Part shown: in pieces, positions 47,083-57,108 of the stretch
Position numbering within the stretch: the first letter of the stretch is position 1
Layout of the letters: every line of letters begins with the position of its first letter
From: a virus
UHGV virus genome: UHGV-0168673
Direction: 5' to 3' (one strand)
DNA: 60,032 bases
Notes under the pieces: model-generated
The model's database searches: none
Told to the model about the DNA's origin: nothing
What the model saw: the letters and a program-made list of their open reading frames with translations, nothing else
Translations under genes and position numbers: made by a program

Positions 47083-47715
47083 TTAACCTTTATTCATAAA
47101 AGCATTAAAAATTTGATCGTCAATAGAAACTTTTACTTTAGGCTGTTCTTCAAACGGTAATTCATATCCACATATTACAATTTTGTGATCGATACCAAAA
47201 TACACAGAAGCAATATTATTAATATTATTTTCAGTGAAATCTAAATCAACATCAATATCTTTTTGACTAACGCTCAAAGGATAATTAATACGAATAATTC
47301 GATTATCTTTAACAAAGATTCCACCGACATACTCTGTGCTGCGTTTAAAGTTTACACGTTTCCTAAATGAAAAATATTCAGGTTCTTTATGGGCTCGACT
47401 CATAGGGCTTAAAGTGTATTCCGAATATGAAATATCAAATCCTACACCTTCAATATGAGCCAAAGTGTCATGATTAAACCAATTATAATCGTATGCCAAA
47501 TCCATTAAATTGTAATATGTGAAAGGCACCGGATTAACATCATATGTTGTACCTTTAAAATCTGCCCAGGCAACGATTTCGTTATCTTTAACAATTACAA
47601 AAATTGTGCCAATAAGATATCCACGGTTATTTTCATCAGGCGTTATATTATAACATTGTGCATCAGGAAATTTACCGTATTTAAACGGTGGATTTTTGTG
47701 CATATAATAAATCAT
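47083..47715 (-). CDS. Hypothetical protein (61.2 position)
   Basis: 210-aa track ORF ending ..SIDDQIFNAFMNKG. Confidence 0.55.
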   Translation of the reverse strand: MIYYMHKNPPFKYGKFPDAQCYNITPDENNRGYLIGTIFVIVKDNEIVAWADFKGTTYDVNPVPFTYYNLMDLAYDYNWFNHDTLAHIEGVGFDISYSEYTLSPMSRAHKEPEYFSFRKRVNFKRSTEYVGGIFVKDNRIIRINYPLSVSQKDIDVDLDFTENNINNIASVYFGIDHKIVICGYELPFEEQPKVKVSIDDQIFNAFMNKG

Positions 47716-47716
47716 A

Positions 47717-48010
47717 TTATTCGCCTGTGATTTCGGTTACGATATTTTTGTTATTAAAGTTTTTATCGCAGTACAGAACATAATTATACTGCATTACACC
47801 ACCAGACTTAAGTTGTTTTTGCACTTCAGCTTTCATTTCAGGACGATCGCGCTCAACGATATTCATAATATCCGCTTCAATTTGAGTTTCAACTTCAGTC
47901 TGATCTGCAGTCATAGACCATTCACACAAATCTTTATCATATCCTGCCATAGCAGGCTGAGCAGCACAAGAAGCCAAAGTAAAAATTGTAGCAAAAATAA
48001 ATTTTTTCAT
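47717..48010 (-). CDS. sp: Spackle periplasmic protein (superinfection exclusion)
   Basis: 97-aa ORF with signal peptide MKKFIFATIFTLASCAAQPAMAGYDKDLCEW.. matches T4 Sp. Confidence 0.9.
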   Translation of the reverse strand: MKKFIFATIFTLASCAAQPAMAGYDKDLCEWSMTADQTEVETQIEADIMNIVERDRPEMKAEVQKQLKSGGVMQYNYVLYCDKNFNNKNIVTEITGE

Positions 48011-48038
48011 GATAATCTCCTCAGTAGTTTATGTTTAT

Positions 48039-48068
48039 ATAGTATCTCAATTTCCAACAAAAGTAAAC
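48039..48068 (-). promoter_or_regulatory. Early promoter for sp (-35 GTTTAC / -10 TACTAT)
   Basis: GTTTACttttgttggaaattgagaTACTATAT on minus strand. Confidence 0.5.
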
Positions 48069-48070
48069 AG

Positions 48071-48328
48071 CTATTTTAAAACTTCTGCGTAATCACATGT
48101 TACAAACTGTTTCTCTAGCTTAACGATTTTACGAAAATACCTTTTATACTGACGAATCTGCCTCTTCGTAGGACGTACAGCAAACTTAATAAATTCCACT
48201 CGACCAAATGGAGGACTTTCTTCTGCTGGAATATCTAACACCAATTCCCACGTATCTGCAATAAGTGCTTTGAATTGAGTATTTTTCCTGACGTTATACG
48301 GAGTAGGTTTAAATAAAACAATATGCAT
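48071..48328 (-). CDS. Hypothetical protein (61.4 position)
   Basis: Track ORF 48071..48382; ATG at 48328 (MHIVLFKP..) with GAGGA SD, one nt after the dmd stop. Confidence 0.5.
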   Translation of the reverse strand: MHIVLFKPTPYNVRKNTQFKALIADTWELVLDIPAEESPPFGRVEFIKFAVRPTKRQIRQYKRYFRKIVKLEKQFVTCDYAEVLK

Positions 48329-48329
48329 A

Positions 48330-48512
48330 TTATCCTCGGCAATCCACTTCGCACACTTTCTTGTCATCAATGAAAGCTTCAACTAATGCTTTATTAACTT
48401 CAGCATATTGAGTAGTAGCCCATTGAACGTCATCTTTCATCATTGTGATTTCTTTAGTAAACATGCTTTCATTCTTAAACCACCCCATAAAAACTACCTT
48501 TACCAATTCCAT
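48330..48512 (-). CDS. dmd: Dmd antitoxin (inhibitor of host RnlA/LsoA toxins)
   Basis: 60-aa ORF MELVKVVFMGWFKNESMFTKEITMMKDDVQW.. matches T4 Dmd. Confidence 0.85.
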   Translation of the reverse strand: MELVKVVFMGWFKNESMFTKEITMMKDDVQWATTQYAEVNKALVEAFIDDKKVCEVDCRG

Positions 48513-48541
48513 AACAATCTCCTCATTTAACCAACAAGACT

Positions 48542-48571
48542 ACTATACCATAGTCTTGTCAGCTTGTAAAC
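48542..48571 (-). promoter_or_regulatory. Early promoter for dmd (-35 GTTTAC / -10 TGgTATAGT)
   Basis: GTTTACaagctgacaagactaTGGTATAGTA on minus strand, abutting the gene 41 stop. Confidence 0.55.
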
Positions 48572-49998
48572 TAAAATTTTAATTCATTTGCCAAAGCATC
48601 TAACTGTGCTCGAGTGGATTCATTTCTTTGATAGCGATTCTGTTCAGCCTGAATCTGTTGTGAACCTGCTACTTCACTCACTTCAGTTGGAGTAGAATCT
48701 TGTTCAATTTCTACCCATTTCTGATTTCCCTTTTGAACACCCATCAAAAACTTATTCCACTTATTCTTATCGCCATATCGCGATTTGATTTGCTTAATGA
48801 GTTGTTGTTCAGCAGCTGCTAGCTCCTCGGTTTCAATGACCGCAAGCATAAAATCAGCTGTTGCTGGAAGACCAGCAGATTCTGCGATATCACTCATGTT
48901 AACATCGGAAGAGTCCCAAGCTTGTTTACCAACCTGTGCTGCAGTCCAAAGAACAGTTTCGGTTTCAACAGCAAGAGCACGCAATTCCTCTGCAATAGCT
49001 TTAACAGTTGTGTAACTATTTTCTGAGTAAACTCTGATGCGACAAGATTTACAAATACCTAGATAGTCGACAATAATGATTGTTGGAACAAAATTCTTTT
49101 TGAGCTTCAATTCATTCAAGAGAGACCTGAATGTGTTAGCATCTGCCCCACCAGTAGGGTACTGTTTAACAATTAAACGACCGAGAGTAGATTTCTCACG
49201 CCATTTTTCCATTTTTCCTTTATACTCAGCGTAAGAAATATGCCCATCATCAATGTCATCAAGAGAAACATCGAGCATATTAGCGTCAATACGTTTAGCA
49301 CAGACTTCTTCTGCCATTTCCATGGAGATATAAAGAACGTTATGTCCAAGCTGTAAATAATCTGCTGCTAATGAACACAATCCTAATGATTTACCAACGT
49401 TAACGCCAGCCATTAAAACGTTCAGTGTTCCAGTTTCAGCTCCGCCTTTAGTAATTTTGTTTAGAATTCTGAGTTTAAATGGAACCTTACGAGCTTTATT
49501 CATATAAGATAGCCAACGTGCTTCATAGTCATCCATCCAATCATGGCCAACGTAGCTATCAAATGAAATTGATAATGCTTGTCGCATGATGTCAGGAATA
49601 GCACCAACATCCGGCATTTTCTTATTTCGTTTTTCCGGAGGAAGCTCAGCATTAGTTTGAATTTCGATTATTTTAGACGTAGCATTAAACATCGCCCTTT
49701 GCTGAACATATTTTTCTGTTTCTTTTACTAACCAGCTGTGGTCTTCCGGAGAATCAGCTAGTTTTGAAATAAGTGTTTTTACACCAGAATATTCTGTTTC
49801 AGTAAATGAACTATTTTCTAATGCAACATTTAACGCATTAATAGATGGAACGCTATGGTACTCATTAACATGAGATTTAATTAATTTAAATGTATTTTTA
49901 GCTGGACCACTTTCAAAATATTCTGAATCCATATATGGCCAAACTTTTGAAAAATAAGCTTGATCAAATATGAGATGAGAAAGAATAATTTCTACCAC
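48571..49998 (-). CDS. 41: Replicative DNA helicase gp41
   Basis: 475-aa ORF MVEIILSHLIFDQAYFSKVWPYMDSEYF.. matches T4 gp41, same length. Confidence 0.97.
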   Translation of the reverse strand: MVEIILSHLIFDQAYFSKVWPYMDSEYFESGPAKNTFKLIKSHVNEYHSVPSINALNVALENSSFTETEYSGVKTLISKLADSPEDHSWLVKETEKYVQQRAMFNATSKIIEIQTNAELPPEKRNKKMPDVGAIPDIMRQALSISFDSYVGHDWMDDYEARWLSYMNKARKVPFKLRILNKITKGGAETGTLNVLMAGVNVGKSLGLCSLAADYLQLGHNVLYISMEMAEEVCAKRIDANMLDVSLDDIDDGHISYAEYKGKMEKWREKSTLGRLIVKQYPTGGADANTFRSLLNELKLKKNFVPTIIIVDYLGICKSCRIRVYSENSYTTVKAIAEELRALAVETETVLWTAAQVGKQAWDSSDVNMSDIAESAGLPATADFMLAVIETEELAAAEQQLIKQIKSRYGDKNKWNKFLMGVQKGNQKWVEIEQDSTPTEVSEVAGSQQIQAEQNRYQRNESTRAQLDALANELKF

Positions 49999-50007
49999 AC
50001 TTACTCC

Positions 50008-50352
50008 TTAAAAGAATTTAAACTTTTTCTTTGACCTTTTATTAAATGCATCTTGTAGTTGCATTGTAATACATTTTTCTACATGAGGAGCTAACTCAGC
50101 TTTTCTTTCTTGGTCAAGAACAGCAAAGTCCATTACAACCTTTCCATCAACCCAATTTAATTTTGTCACATACACAATGTGCGTAGAACCATCTTCTAGT
50201 TTAATGACAATCTCCTGGATAACATTTTCCATGGCAGATTTAATTATCTTAAGAGACTCATTAAAAAGACGTTCTTTTCTTTCTTCTTCCCCCTCCGAAG
50301 AGGGGGATTCATCGATAATTTCTAGATCTAAGTCTAAATCATCTTTATTCAT
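50008..50352 (-). CDS. 40: gp40 head vertex assembly protein
   Basis: Track ORF starts at GTG 50370; ATG at 50352 overlaps the uvsX 3' end; MNKDDLDLDLEIIDE.. 114 aa. Confidence 0.7.
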   Translation of the reverse strand: MNKDDLDLDLEIIDESPSSEGEEERKERLFNESLKIIKSAMENVIQEIVIKLEDGSTHIVYVTKLNWVDGKVVMDFAVLDQERKAELAPHVEKCITMQLQDAFNKRSKKKFKFF

Positions 50353-51526
50353 TAAATTCTTCCATATCACTTAACTGCTCGAGGTCAGTTTCTAAATCAG
50401 CAGCTGATTTACTTTTACTTTCTGGAGATTTAAATTTTTCAACCTTTGAGTTAATTAATTCATCAACTTCAGCTTCAACAATTTCATTACTATCAATAGC
50501 ACCTAACTGATAAGCACGCTTAATAGCATCTCGGAATGGTTGATGCTTAAATAAAGGACCCCAGAATGTAGTGCAGTTAGTATCTTTTGCACGCCAAGAT
50601 TTTTCTTCGCGAATCATCTCGCCGGTTTCTTCATCAAGAAATTCACGAGCATACCAACCATTTTTAGGTTTTACAACAAATCCTAATTCTAGAGCCATAT
50701 CTAACAATCCAGAATAAGGATCGATACCACCGTCAAATTTAACATCAATAAAGAATTTACTTTTTTCTTTAACGGTACGAGATTTTTCTACATTTAGAAC
50801 AAATTGATACCCCTGAAGATCAGAACCATCTTTAATCTGGCGTTTACCGATAATGAATACAGTATCAGCCGAATACATTACGCCTGTACCACCTGTCATC
50901 ACGGTTTTACTAAACATTTCAATTGTTTCAATTGTATGGTTAACCGCAACACATGGAATATTTTTAATGCTAAAATAAGGAGTAACAATACGGAATAATG
51001 ACTTCAGTGATTTAGCACGAGTCATATCTGCCACAGATTTTTCATTTAAGGCATCTTCCGTTTCTTTCTTAGAAGCCATATTACCGATTGAGTCGATGAA
51101 TACAATAACCTTTTCACCGCGCTCAATAGCTTCAAGCTGGTTCACCATATCAATTTTCAGCTGTTCAACTGACTGGATTGGCGTATGAATTACTCGTTCC
51201 GGGTCAACTCCCATGGATCGCAAATAAGCTGGAGTAATACCAAATTCGCTATCATAGAATAGACAAACCGCGTCAGGATATTTGTTCAAATATGCCGCAA
51301 CCATAGTCAAAGACATATTTGATTTAAAGTGTTTAGAAGGCCCTGCGAAAATAGTTAAACCAGACTGCATGCCGCCATCAATCGCACCAGAAATAGCAAT
51401 ATTAAGCATTGGGATTTTTGTACGGATTACATCCTTTTCATTAAAGAATTTAGATGTAGTCAGTTCAGCAGTCATTTTAGAAGTGGAAGCTTTAATCAAA
51501 CGGGATTTTAAATCTGCAATAGACAT
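50345..51526 (-). CDS. uvsX: UvsX recombinase (RecA homologue)
   Basis: 393-aa ORF; RecA-fold motifs and acidic C-terminus as in T4 UvsX. Confidence 0.95.
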   Translation of the reverse strand: MSIADLKSRLIKASTSKMTAELTTSKFFNEKDVIRTKIPMLNIAISGAIDGGMQSGLTIFAGPSKHFKSNMSLTMVAAYLNKYPDAVCLFYDSEFGITPAYLRSMGVDPERVIHTPIQSVEQLKIDMVNQLEAIERGEKVIVFIDSIGNMASKKETEDALNEKSVADMTRAKSLKSLFRIVTPYFSIKNIPCVAVNHTIETIEMFSKTVMTGGTGVMYSADTVFIIGKRQIKDGSDLQGYQFVLNVEKSRTVKEKSKFFIDVKFDGGIDPYSGLLDMALELGFVVKPKNGWYAREFLDEETGEMIREEKSWRAKDTNCTTFWGPLFKHQPFRDAIKRAYQLGAIDSNEIVEAEVDELINSKVEKFKSPESKSKSAADLETDLEQLSDMEEFNE

Positions 51527-51603
51527 TCATTTTTTCCATAGGCATCATTATATTTTCCTCACTGGTTAAAGATAGAGTAATTATAACACAATAAATTTAG
51601 GCA

Positions 51604-52446
51604 TTAATCAACTGCTATTGGATGAATAGCATTAAACTTATGAAATGCTTCTGATTTTTCTTTGCGCGAAACACACATGCGAAGAACCTTTAATGGCTCG
51701 TCTTCTTCACCCAACGATTTTCGTTTTTCAATATTAGAAGTTTTCCAACGAGCTTGCTCTGGAAACTCTCTATTGATTTGCTCAAGCGCTCTATTATGTT
51801 TAGAATTACTACGAATTGAACTACACCCGCCAGGAGCTTGTGCTTTTCCAGATACAACCAGATATTTGAACAAGGCCAAATGCGGATAACCTTGATTAAT
51901 TAAATTGAGAAATGCATACATATCTTCGCATAAATCAATTTTTCCATACCCAATTTGTTCTGTCGTAAGTTTTCCGAGGTCATACCATGTATTCGTGAAT
52001 CCATATGAATTTTCACGATAATTACCCCAAGATGAAGTAATTTTAAAAATTGGTAGGCGAGCATGACCATGATAATACCCGCAATCCATGGCATCTTCAA
52101 CGTATTGAATCAATTCATAGAACTGTTCACGGGTTAATTGATTGACTTTATCTACACAACGACGGTCATCTCTTTTTCGCATTGAACTCATACGAATAGT
52201 AGTATCATCGTCAATCATCCAGATTCGTTGACCTGCATACATATTAGTAATTGCTTTACGAGTACCGGCAATTCCGTTTACATCATCAGGAATAGTTATA
52301 ATTTTAGCTCTAGACCCATAAGCGTCATGATAAGCTTTTTCTTCGTGTTCACGCACTACAATATGGGGTTCATAATCAGTCGGAAACATATCAAGGGCAG
52401 AAACTGCCCCGACACGCTGATAACTTGGAATTACGAATTGAATCAT
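51604..52446 (-). CDS. Putative glycosyltransferase (GT-A-like, DxD motif) at the position of T4 beta-glucosyltransferase
   Basis: Track ORF starts at GTG 52452; ATG at 52446 overlaps gene 42 stop (ATGA); 280 aa, VIPSYQR near N-terminus and IWMIDDDTTI; not T4 Bgt (351 aa). Confidence 0.55.
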   Translation of the reverse strand: MIQFVIPSYQRVGAVSALDMFPTDYEPHIVVREHEEKAYHDAYGSRAKIITIPDDVNGIAGTRKAITNMYAGQRIWMIDDDTTIRMSSMRKRDDRRCVDKVNQLTREQFYELIQYVEDAMDCGYYHGHARLPIFKITSSWGNYRENSYGFTNTWYDLGKLTTEQIGYGKIDLCEDMYAFLNLINQGYPHLALFKYLVVSGKAQAPGGCSSIRSNSKHNRALEQINREFPEQARWKTSNIEKRKSLGEEDEPLKVLRMCVSRKEKSEAFHKFNAIHPIAVD

Positions 52447-53183
52447 TTCCACTCACCTTTATAGTCTTTTTTCACAATATGAGTTTCGCCAGTATTCCAC
52501 CAATGATCAACCAAGTAAAAATGACGAGAATATACATGAAGACTTCCGACATTCCATATAATAGAACCTGCTTTATACTGACGAGTTGAATCGCCTGCAT
52601 TCAAATCAGATACTAATTTATCTAATACGTATTTTTGCCATGCATAATCATTACGGAATCCGAAGACCACGTCATTTGAGCGCATGCTTACTACTGCATT
52701 GACTTTCTTATCACGAATCAGGTACTGTACTGTATTAGTACACATGAAATCTGACATACCATCTTTATTGTAGTCAAATTGCATGGATGGACGAGTATAA
52801 ATCATGATACCACGTCGAGAATCAGGATTTTGACCAAGTTCAGCTAAACACATATCATACTGGGCGTAGTTATCTTCTGACCAAATAGCCCAACCATAAT
52901 TCGAGTTAATTTCGCCTTTAGAAGATGCTACTTGCTGCCAAATCTTCGGTGTTTCACCTGGAATATCTTTAACAAACAGACTTTGAGACTTGTACCATTC
53001 AAGTTCACGCTGAATGTATTCATCATTAAGAGCGCCAAAAATAAAGGGTTCATCTGCTACAAATGATGCGCCAATAATTTCAATAGTTTTAACACCAGTT
53101 TTATCAACTACGAAATCTTTTTCTTTTAATGCAAGCCCCAAATGAAGACGGATTTCTTCAACTGTCAAAGAGTCACTAATCAT
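52443..53183 (-). CDS. 42: dCMP hydroxymethylase gp42
   Basis: 246-aa ORF MISDSLTVEEIRLHLGLALKEKDFVVDKTGVKTIE.. matches T4 gp42. Confidence 0.95.
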   Translation of the reverse strand: MISDSLTVEEIRLHLGLALKEKDFVVDKTGVKTIEIIGASFVADEPFIFGALNDEYIQRELEWYKSQSLFVKDIPGETPKIWQQVASSKGEINSNYGWAIWSEDNYAQYDMCLAELGQNPDSRRGIMIYTRPSMQFDYNKDGMSDFMCTNTVQYLIRDKKVNAVVSMRSNDVVFGFRNDYAWQKYVLDKLVSDLNAGDSTRQYKAGSIIWNVGSLHVYSRHFYLVDHWWNTGETHIVKKDYKGEWK

Positions 53184-53336
53184 TTAAACCTCAATTGATA
53201 CATTCATATTTAACTTGTAACAGTAATAAACCCCAACCTAAAATAATAGTTGGAATCATAGCAGGAACTGTTACGCTATAGTATATACTTATTATAACCA
53301 TCAAGATTAAAAGCAACACTGTTATAATTTTGCTTT

Positions 53337-53588
53337 TCATTCCTTCTCTCTGATGATAATTACCTGATTTGGTTGTGCAGACTTTTTAGTTTCACCCGCA
53401 ATTGACCAAATAAATGTAATAAACCAACCAATAATTGACCAGTTAAACAGTAAAGATGTGAAAAAGATTCCTACTGTCGATTTTGACCCACGCATCAAGG
53501 CGATAAACCATGGAAGCATGTATATAATAATAGCCAACACACCTGAAACTAAAACCATAAAAATTGAACCTGCTACTAAAGTTTCCAT
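53337..53588 (-). CDS. imm: Superinfection immunity protein Imm
   Basis: 83-aa two-TM ORF METLVAGSIFMVLVSGVLAIIIYMLPWFIALMRG.. matches T4 Imm. Confidence 0.9.
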   Translation of the reverse strand: METLVAGSIFMVLVSGVLAIIIYMLPWFIALMRGSKSTVGIFFTSLLFNWSIIGWFITFIWSIAGETKKSAQPNQVIIIREKE

Positions 53589-53599
53589 GTTTTCCTCAC

Positions 53600-53980
53600 T
53601 TAGTCAATTTTTTTTTTTACACATGAATTATAAGAATTCACTACATACTCCATCGGAGCATTTTTACCAGTACGCCATTGGTAATTATTAGCCCAATTTG
53701 CCCAAAGCTCGGCGCAGTAGTTTTCAATTTTTTCTTCGCGTGTAATTACATCAGAATTACGATATGCTTGAGCAGATTCATCCGGACGAATAGCTTCGTC
53801 AAAATTCGCCTGCATTTGTTCTACTGTTTGCTTTGGAGCTTCTTTATAACACTTGACATTAGGATTATAAAATTTGCTTGAACAGTTTACAATTTTTCCT
53901 ACACCAGACTGATTTACTACCGGTCCTTGAGCTACACAACCAGTAAGACCTAATGCAATAACCAAAATAGCGATTTTCAT
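53600..53980 (-). CDS. Hypothetical lipoprotein (imm.1 position)
   Basis: 126-aa track ORF with signal peptide and LTGC lipobox. Confidence 0.6.
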   Translation of the reverse strand: MKIAILVIALGLTGCVAQGPVVNQSGVGKIVNCSSKFYNPNVKCYKEAPKQTVEQMQANFDEAIRPDESAQAYRNSDVITREEKIENYCAELWANWANNYQWRTGKNAPMEYVVNSYNSCVKKKID

Positions 53981-53990
53981 AATAATTTCC

Positions 53991-54239
53991 TCAAATGCAA
54001 GTAGTAATTACTCCAGTAGTGCTTATGCAGGTATTACCCATTTGCACACCTAAAGATCCATTTGTATTCACATGAAGATTATCATCAATTTTAACTGATA
54101 TTTTACCATTAGTGTGAATAACGGTGCTAGATTTAATCACAGGTTGAGTATCATTTTCAACACTAACAAATGGAACTGCTACTAATGCAACTAAACAAAC
54201 TGCTAAGCATCCCATAACAATTTTCATTTTATTCTCCAA
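53991..54239 (-). CDS. Hypothetical secreted/membrane protein
   Basis: 82-aa track ORF with hydrophobic N-terminus; early promoter upstream. Confidence 0.5.
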   Translation of the reverse strand: MENKMKIVMGCLAVCLVALVAVPFVSVENDTQPVIKSSTVIHTNGKISVKIDDNLHVNTNGSLGVQMGNTCISTTGVITTCI

Positions 54240-54264
54240 ATCTGTATCAGTAGTTGATAGTTGT

Positions 54265-54294
54265 ATAGTACCACAGAAGAACAGTCTTGTAAAC
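54265..54294 (-). promoter_or_regulatory. Early promoter (-35 GTTTAC / -10 TGgTACTAT)
   Basis: GTTTACaagactgttcttctgTGGTACTATACAACTATCAACTACTGA; module near-identical to the motA promoter. Confidence 0.55.
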
Positions 54295-54375
54295 AGTTTT
54301 GTGAAAATTTTTTTAGGGAATTCTAAAGGTCCAGAATCATCTGTTTTTCATAAGTATAGATTTATATTACTTGTA

Positions 54376-54398
54376 TGAAAAAGGGACCCGGAGGTCCC
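54376..54398 (-). terminator. Rho-independent terminator after gene 43
   Basis: Minus strand GGGACC-UCCG-GGUCCC followed by UUUUU. Confidence 0.65.
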
Positions 54399-54411
54399 TA
54401 GATTTATTCTA

Positions 54412-57108
54412 TCAGCCAAACAGGAAGTCTAACGAAGCTTTTTCTTCATAGTCCATACCAGCCGATTCACACATGCCTGCAAGCGGTTTAACAAACGATT
54501 TTTGGAACAAAGTTGAGTAGTCAATCCAAGACAATACGTCAGAACGAATTTCTTTTGGAAGTTCTGTGCCCGACGGCCAAGCAATGCACTTGTCACCAAA
54601 TGGATTTCCTTCACGCAATGGAAGAACCATTACTTTATTTCCATCCAAAATTGGAGCTACACCTAAACCGTTAACAGCTCGACGATAAGTTAGCACACCA
54701 CGAATATGGAACGGGCATTTAAATCCTGGCCAACCTTTATCATCATATTTCGCTATATCGTTCGCAGTTTTTACTTCAGCGATAACTTTATAGTCAAGTT
54801 GACGATATTCTTTCTCGAAGTTCTTGTAGTATTCTTGAACAGACTCTTCACCTTCCTGAAGAATACGACGAATACTTTCTTCGAGTGCTTCTTGCACTGC
54901 TTTTGGTGTTGAACTCTGCTGAGTTTCCATACCCATGATTTTTAGATGCGGTTCAGCAAATCGCTTATCTTCCATATCATAAACGTTCAGAGCATAACGC
55001 TTTTTCGCTTTCCAAAATCCGCCAACGCCCTTTGAACCAAGTGGAGGGCAAGAAATAGCTTCACGGTCCATATGCATCAGATGCTCGCGGTTATTCATAT
55101 AATCACATAACTCACGATATGCAACATCAATCATAGGTTCCATCTTTTTCTTACCGAATTGATTCATGAATTCAACTAAATCGTTCTGCTCTTTGAATCG
55201 GTCAAGACCAACTTTTTCAATAACTTTATCTACACAAACATATACCGAATCAGTATCACCTGCTGCGATGAAATCTTCGCCATTAGTTCCACATACTTTA
55301 TTCAGATACTCATTAATTTTACGAGCAATCCACTGAATACCAACTTGACCAAAAATTGTGATAGCAGTAGCATTTCGCAAATCATAGTAACGGAAATGAA
55401 TGTTACCAAGAGCACCATAAAGACTATTAATAAGAATTTTACGGTTCAGCTGATTTGTGTTAGCAAGTGTAGCTGCTTTTTCACATTCTTCAATCAAACT
55501 ATTGAGAACAGATTCAGTATAATTCGATAGTTCATTTAAGAAATCATCACTGAACTTAACATATCGTTCAACTTCAGGTTTAGTTGAACAAGACCCTGCG
55601 CCTTTCATAATAATCTTTTTAATAGCTTCGGCATTCATTTCTTCAGCGAACATTTTCTTTTTCCAATCTTTACGCTGGAAAAATACTTTAGCGATTTCCT
55701 TTGGAATGATACCTTCTTGATGCTTATCGTACATCCATCCATTCGGAGAACAAGAATATTCATCACTCGGTTTAGGAGCTGTTCCTGCGATATATTCATG
55801 AATTGGATGAACTTTAAACTGCCCACGAATAGTCTCAGGACTAATGTTAACCTGACGAATAATGCTCGGATACAGAGACGTCAAGTCAAAACTCATAATA
55901 TATCGACGAGCAATTGGTTTAGGTTCAAACACAAATGCACCCGGAAAACTCTGTTTAACATGCGAACCTTGTTGAGGAATAACCTTATGTTCACCTTTCA
56001 ATGAGTTAAAAATAATAGCATCCCAGGTTTTAATAGGACTCATTACACCAGAAAAAGGCATTTTAGCGTAATAAGACATACTTAAAACTAGATCGATAAA
56101 CCCGCGGATTTTATCAATTGCTTGAACTGATTCTACGTCAATGATGTTATAACTAATGTATCGTTGATGATTAGTCTCACGAAGTTTATTAATAGGACCG
56201 TCGTATGGTAATTTACCTTTTTTGGTTTCATGCTGAGCAACTGATTCCAAAGAGAATGACGGCAAATTAGTAAATGCGAATTTCTTGTACAAATCTAAAT
56301 AATCAAGAATAGATACGCCATCAATAGAATAAATTTCTTTGCTACCGTACATATTTTGAATTAGTTTAGATTTTACTCGACCGATTGGAGAGAAGCGTTT
56401 CATACTACGTTCACCGAGAACCATTTTAACGCGATTCATGATATATGGAACGTCAAATCCCTCAATATTCCAACCAGTAAAAATAGCAGGTCGTTTCTGT
56501 TCCCAAAGATTGATATATTCCATGAGCATATCACGCTCGTTATCGAATGGCATATAAATTACTCGGTCAAGAATTTCTTGAGGAACTTCATCACCACCTT
56601 CACAGTCAAGCTTAGCAGCTAACTTTGCATCCCATTTTGATACTGAACCGTACATTGAATTCAAAAGGTCGAAAACATAAAAACGGTCATCAATTGAATC
56701 GTAATGAGTGATAGCATCAATTTCATATTCTGCTTTCATTGGGTCAGGAAATTTATCACCAGTAACCTCAATGTCACAGTTAGCTACACGAACAAATTTT
56801 CGGTCATAAACAATTTCTGAACCATATGTATCACTGATATAAGCGAGTTTAAAATCGTTCATACCGAGAGCTTCGAGACCGATGTCTTCCATTCGTTTCA
56901 TCCAATCTCGAGCATCTTTCATTGATGAAAATTTTTGAGGAGCGCAATTTTTACCATAGATGTCTTTGTACTTTGACTCTTCCTTACAATGCCTAAACAT
57001 AGTCGGAAGATATTCTACTTCACGAGTACGTTCCTTTCCGTTTTCATCAATATAACGTTCAACAATGTTATTTCCGACTGTTTCGATAGAGATATAAAAT
57101 TCTTTCAT
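54412..57108 (-). CDS. 43: DNA polymerase gp43 (family B)
   Basis: 898-aa ORF MKEFYISIETVGNNIVERYIDENGKERTREVEYLPTMF.. matches T4 gp43, same length. Confidence 0.97.
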   Translation of the reverse strand: MKEFYISIETVGNNIVERYIDENGKERTREVEYLPTMFRHCKEESKYKDIYGKNCAPQKFSSMKDARDWMKRMEDIGLEALGMNDFKLAYISDTYGSEIVYDRKFVRVANCDIEVTGDKFPDPMKAEYEIDAITHYDSIDDRFYVFDLLNSMYGSVSKWDAKLAAKLDCEGGDEVPQEILDRVIYMPFDNERDMLMEYINLWEQKRPAIFTGWNIEGFDVPYIMNRVKMVLGERSMKRFSPIGRVKSKLIQNMYGSKEIYSIDGVSILDYLDLYKKFAFTNLPSFSLESVAQHETKKGKLPYDGPINKLRETNHQRYISYNIIDVESVQAIDKIRGFIDLVLSMSYYAKMPFSGVMSPIKTWDAIIFNSLKGEHKVIPQQGSHVKQSFPGAFVFEPKPIARRYIMSFDLTSLYPSIIRQVNISPETIRGQFKVHPIHEYIAGTAPKPSDEYSCSPNGWMYDKHQEGIIPKEIAKVFFQRKDWKKKMFAEEMNAEAIKKIIMKGAGSCSTKPEVERYVKFSDDFLNELSNYTESVLNSLIEECEKAATLANTNQLNRKILINSLYGALGNIHFRYYDLRNATAITIFGQVGIQWIARKINEYLNKVCGTNGEDFIAAGDTDSVYVCVDKVIEKVGLDRFKEQNDLVEFMNQFGKKKMEPMIDVAYRELCDYMNNREHLMHMDREAISCPPLGSKGVGGFWKAKKRYALNVYDMEDKRFAEPHLKIMGMETQQSSTPKAVQEALEESIRRILQEGEESVQEYYKNFEKEYRQLDYKVIAEVKTANDIAKYDDKGWPGFKCPFHIRGVLTYRRAVNGLGVAPILDGNKVMVLPLREGNPFGDKCIAWPSGTELPKEIRSDVLSWIDYSTLFQKSFVKPLAGMCESAGMDYEEKASLDFLFG

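Noticed and set aside
7235-54294. Possibility that the recurring ~30-70-bp modules are a CRISPR array or MITE-like mobile elements
   Set aside because: Copies are dispersed over 48 kb at gene starts, not in a regularly spaced array; each copy has a -35/-10/SD layout aligned to a downstream ORF; no flanking target-site duplications. They are better explained as promoters/leaders.
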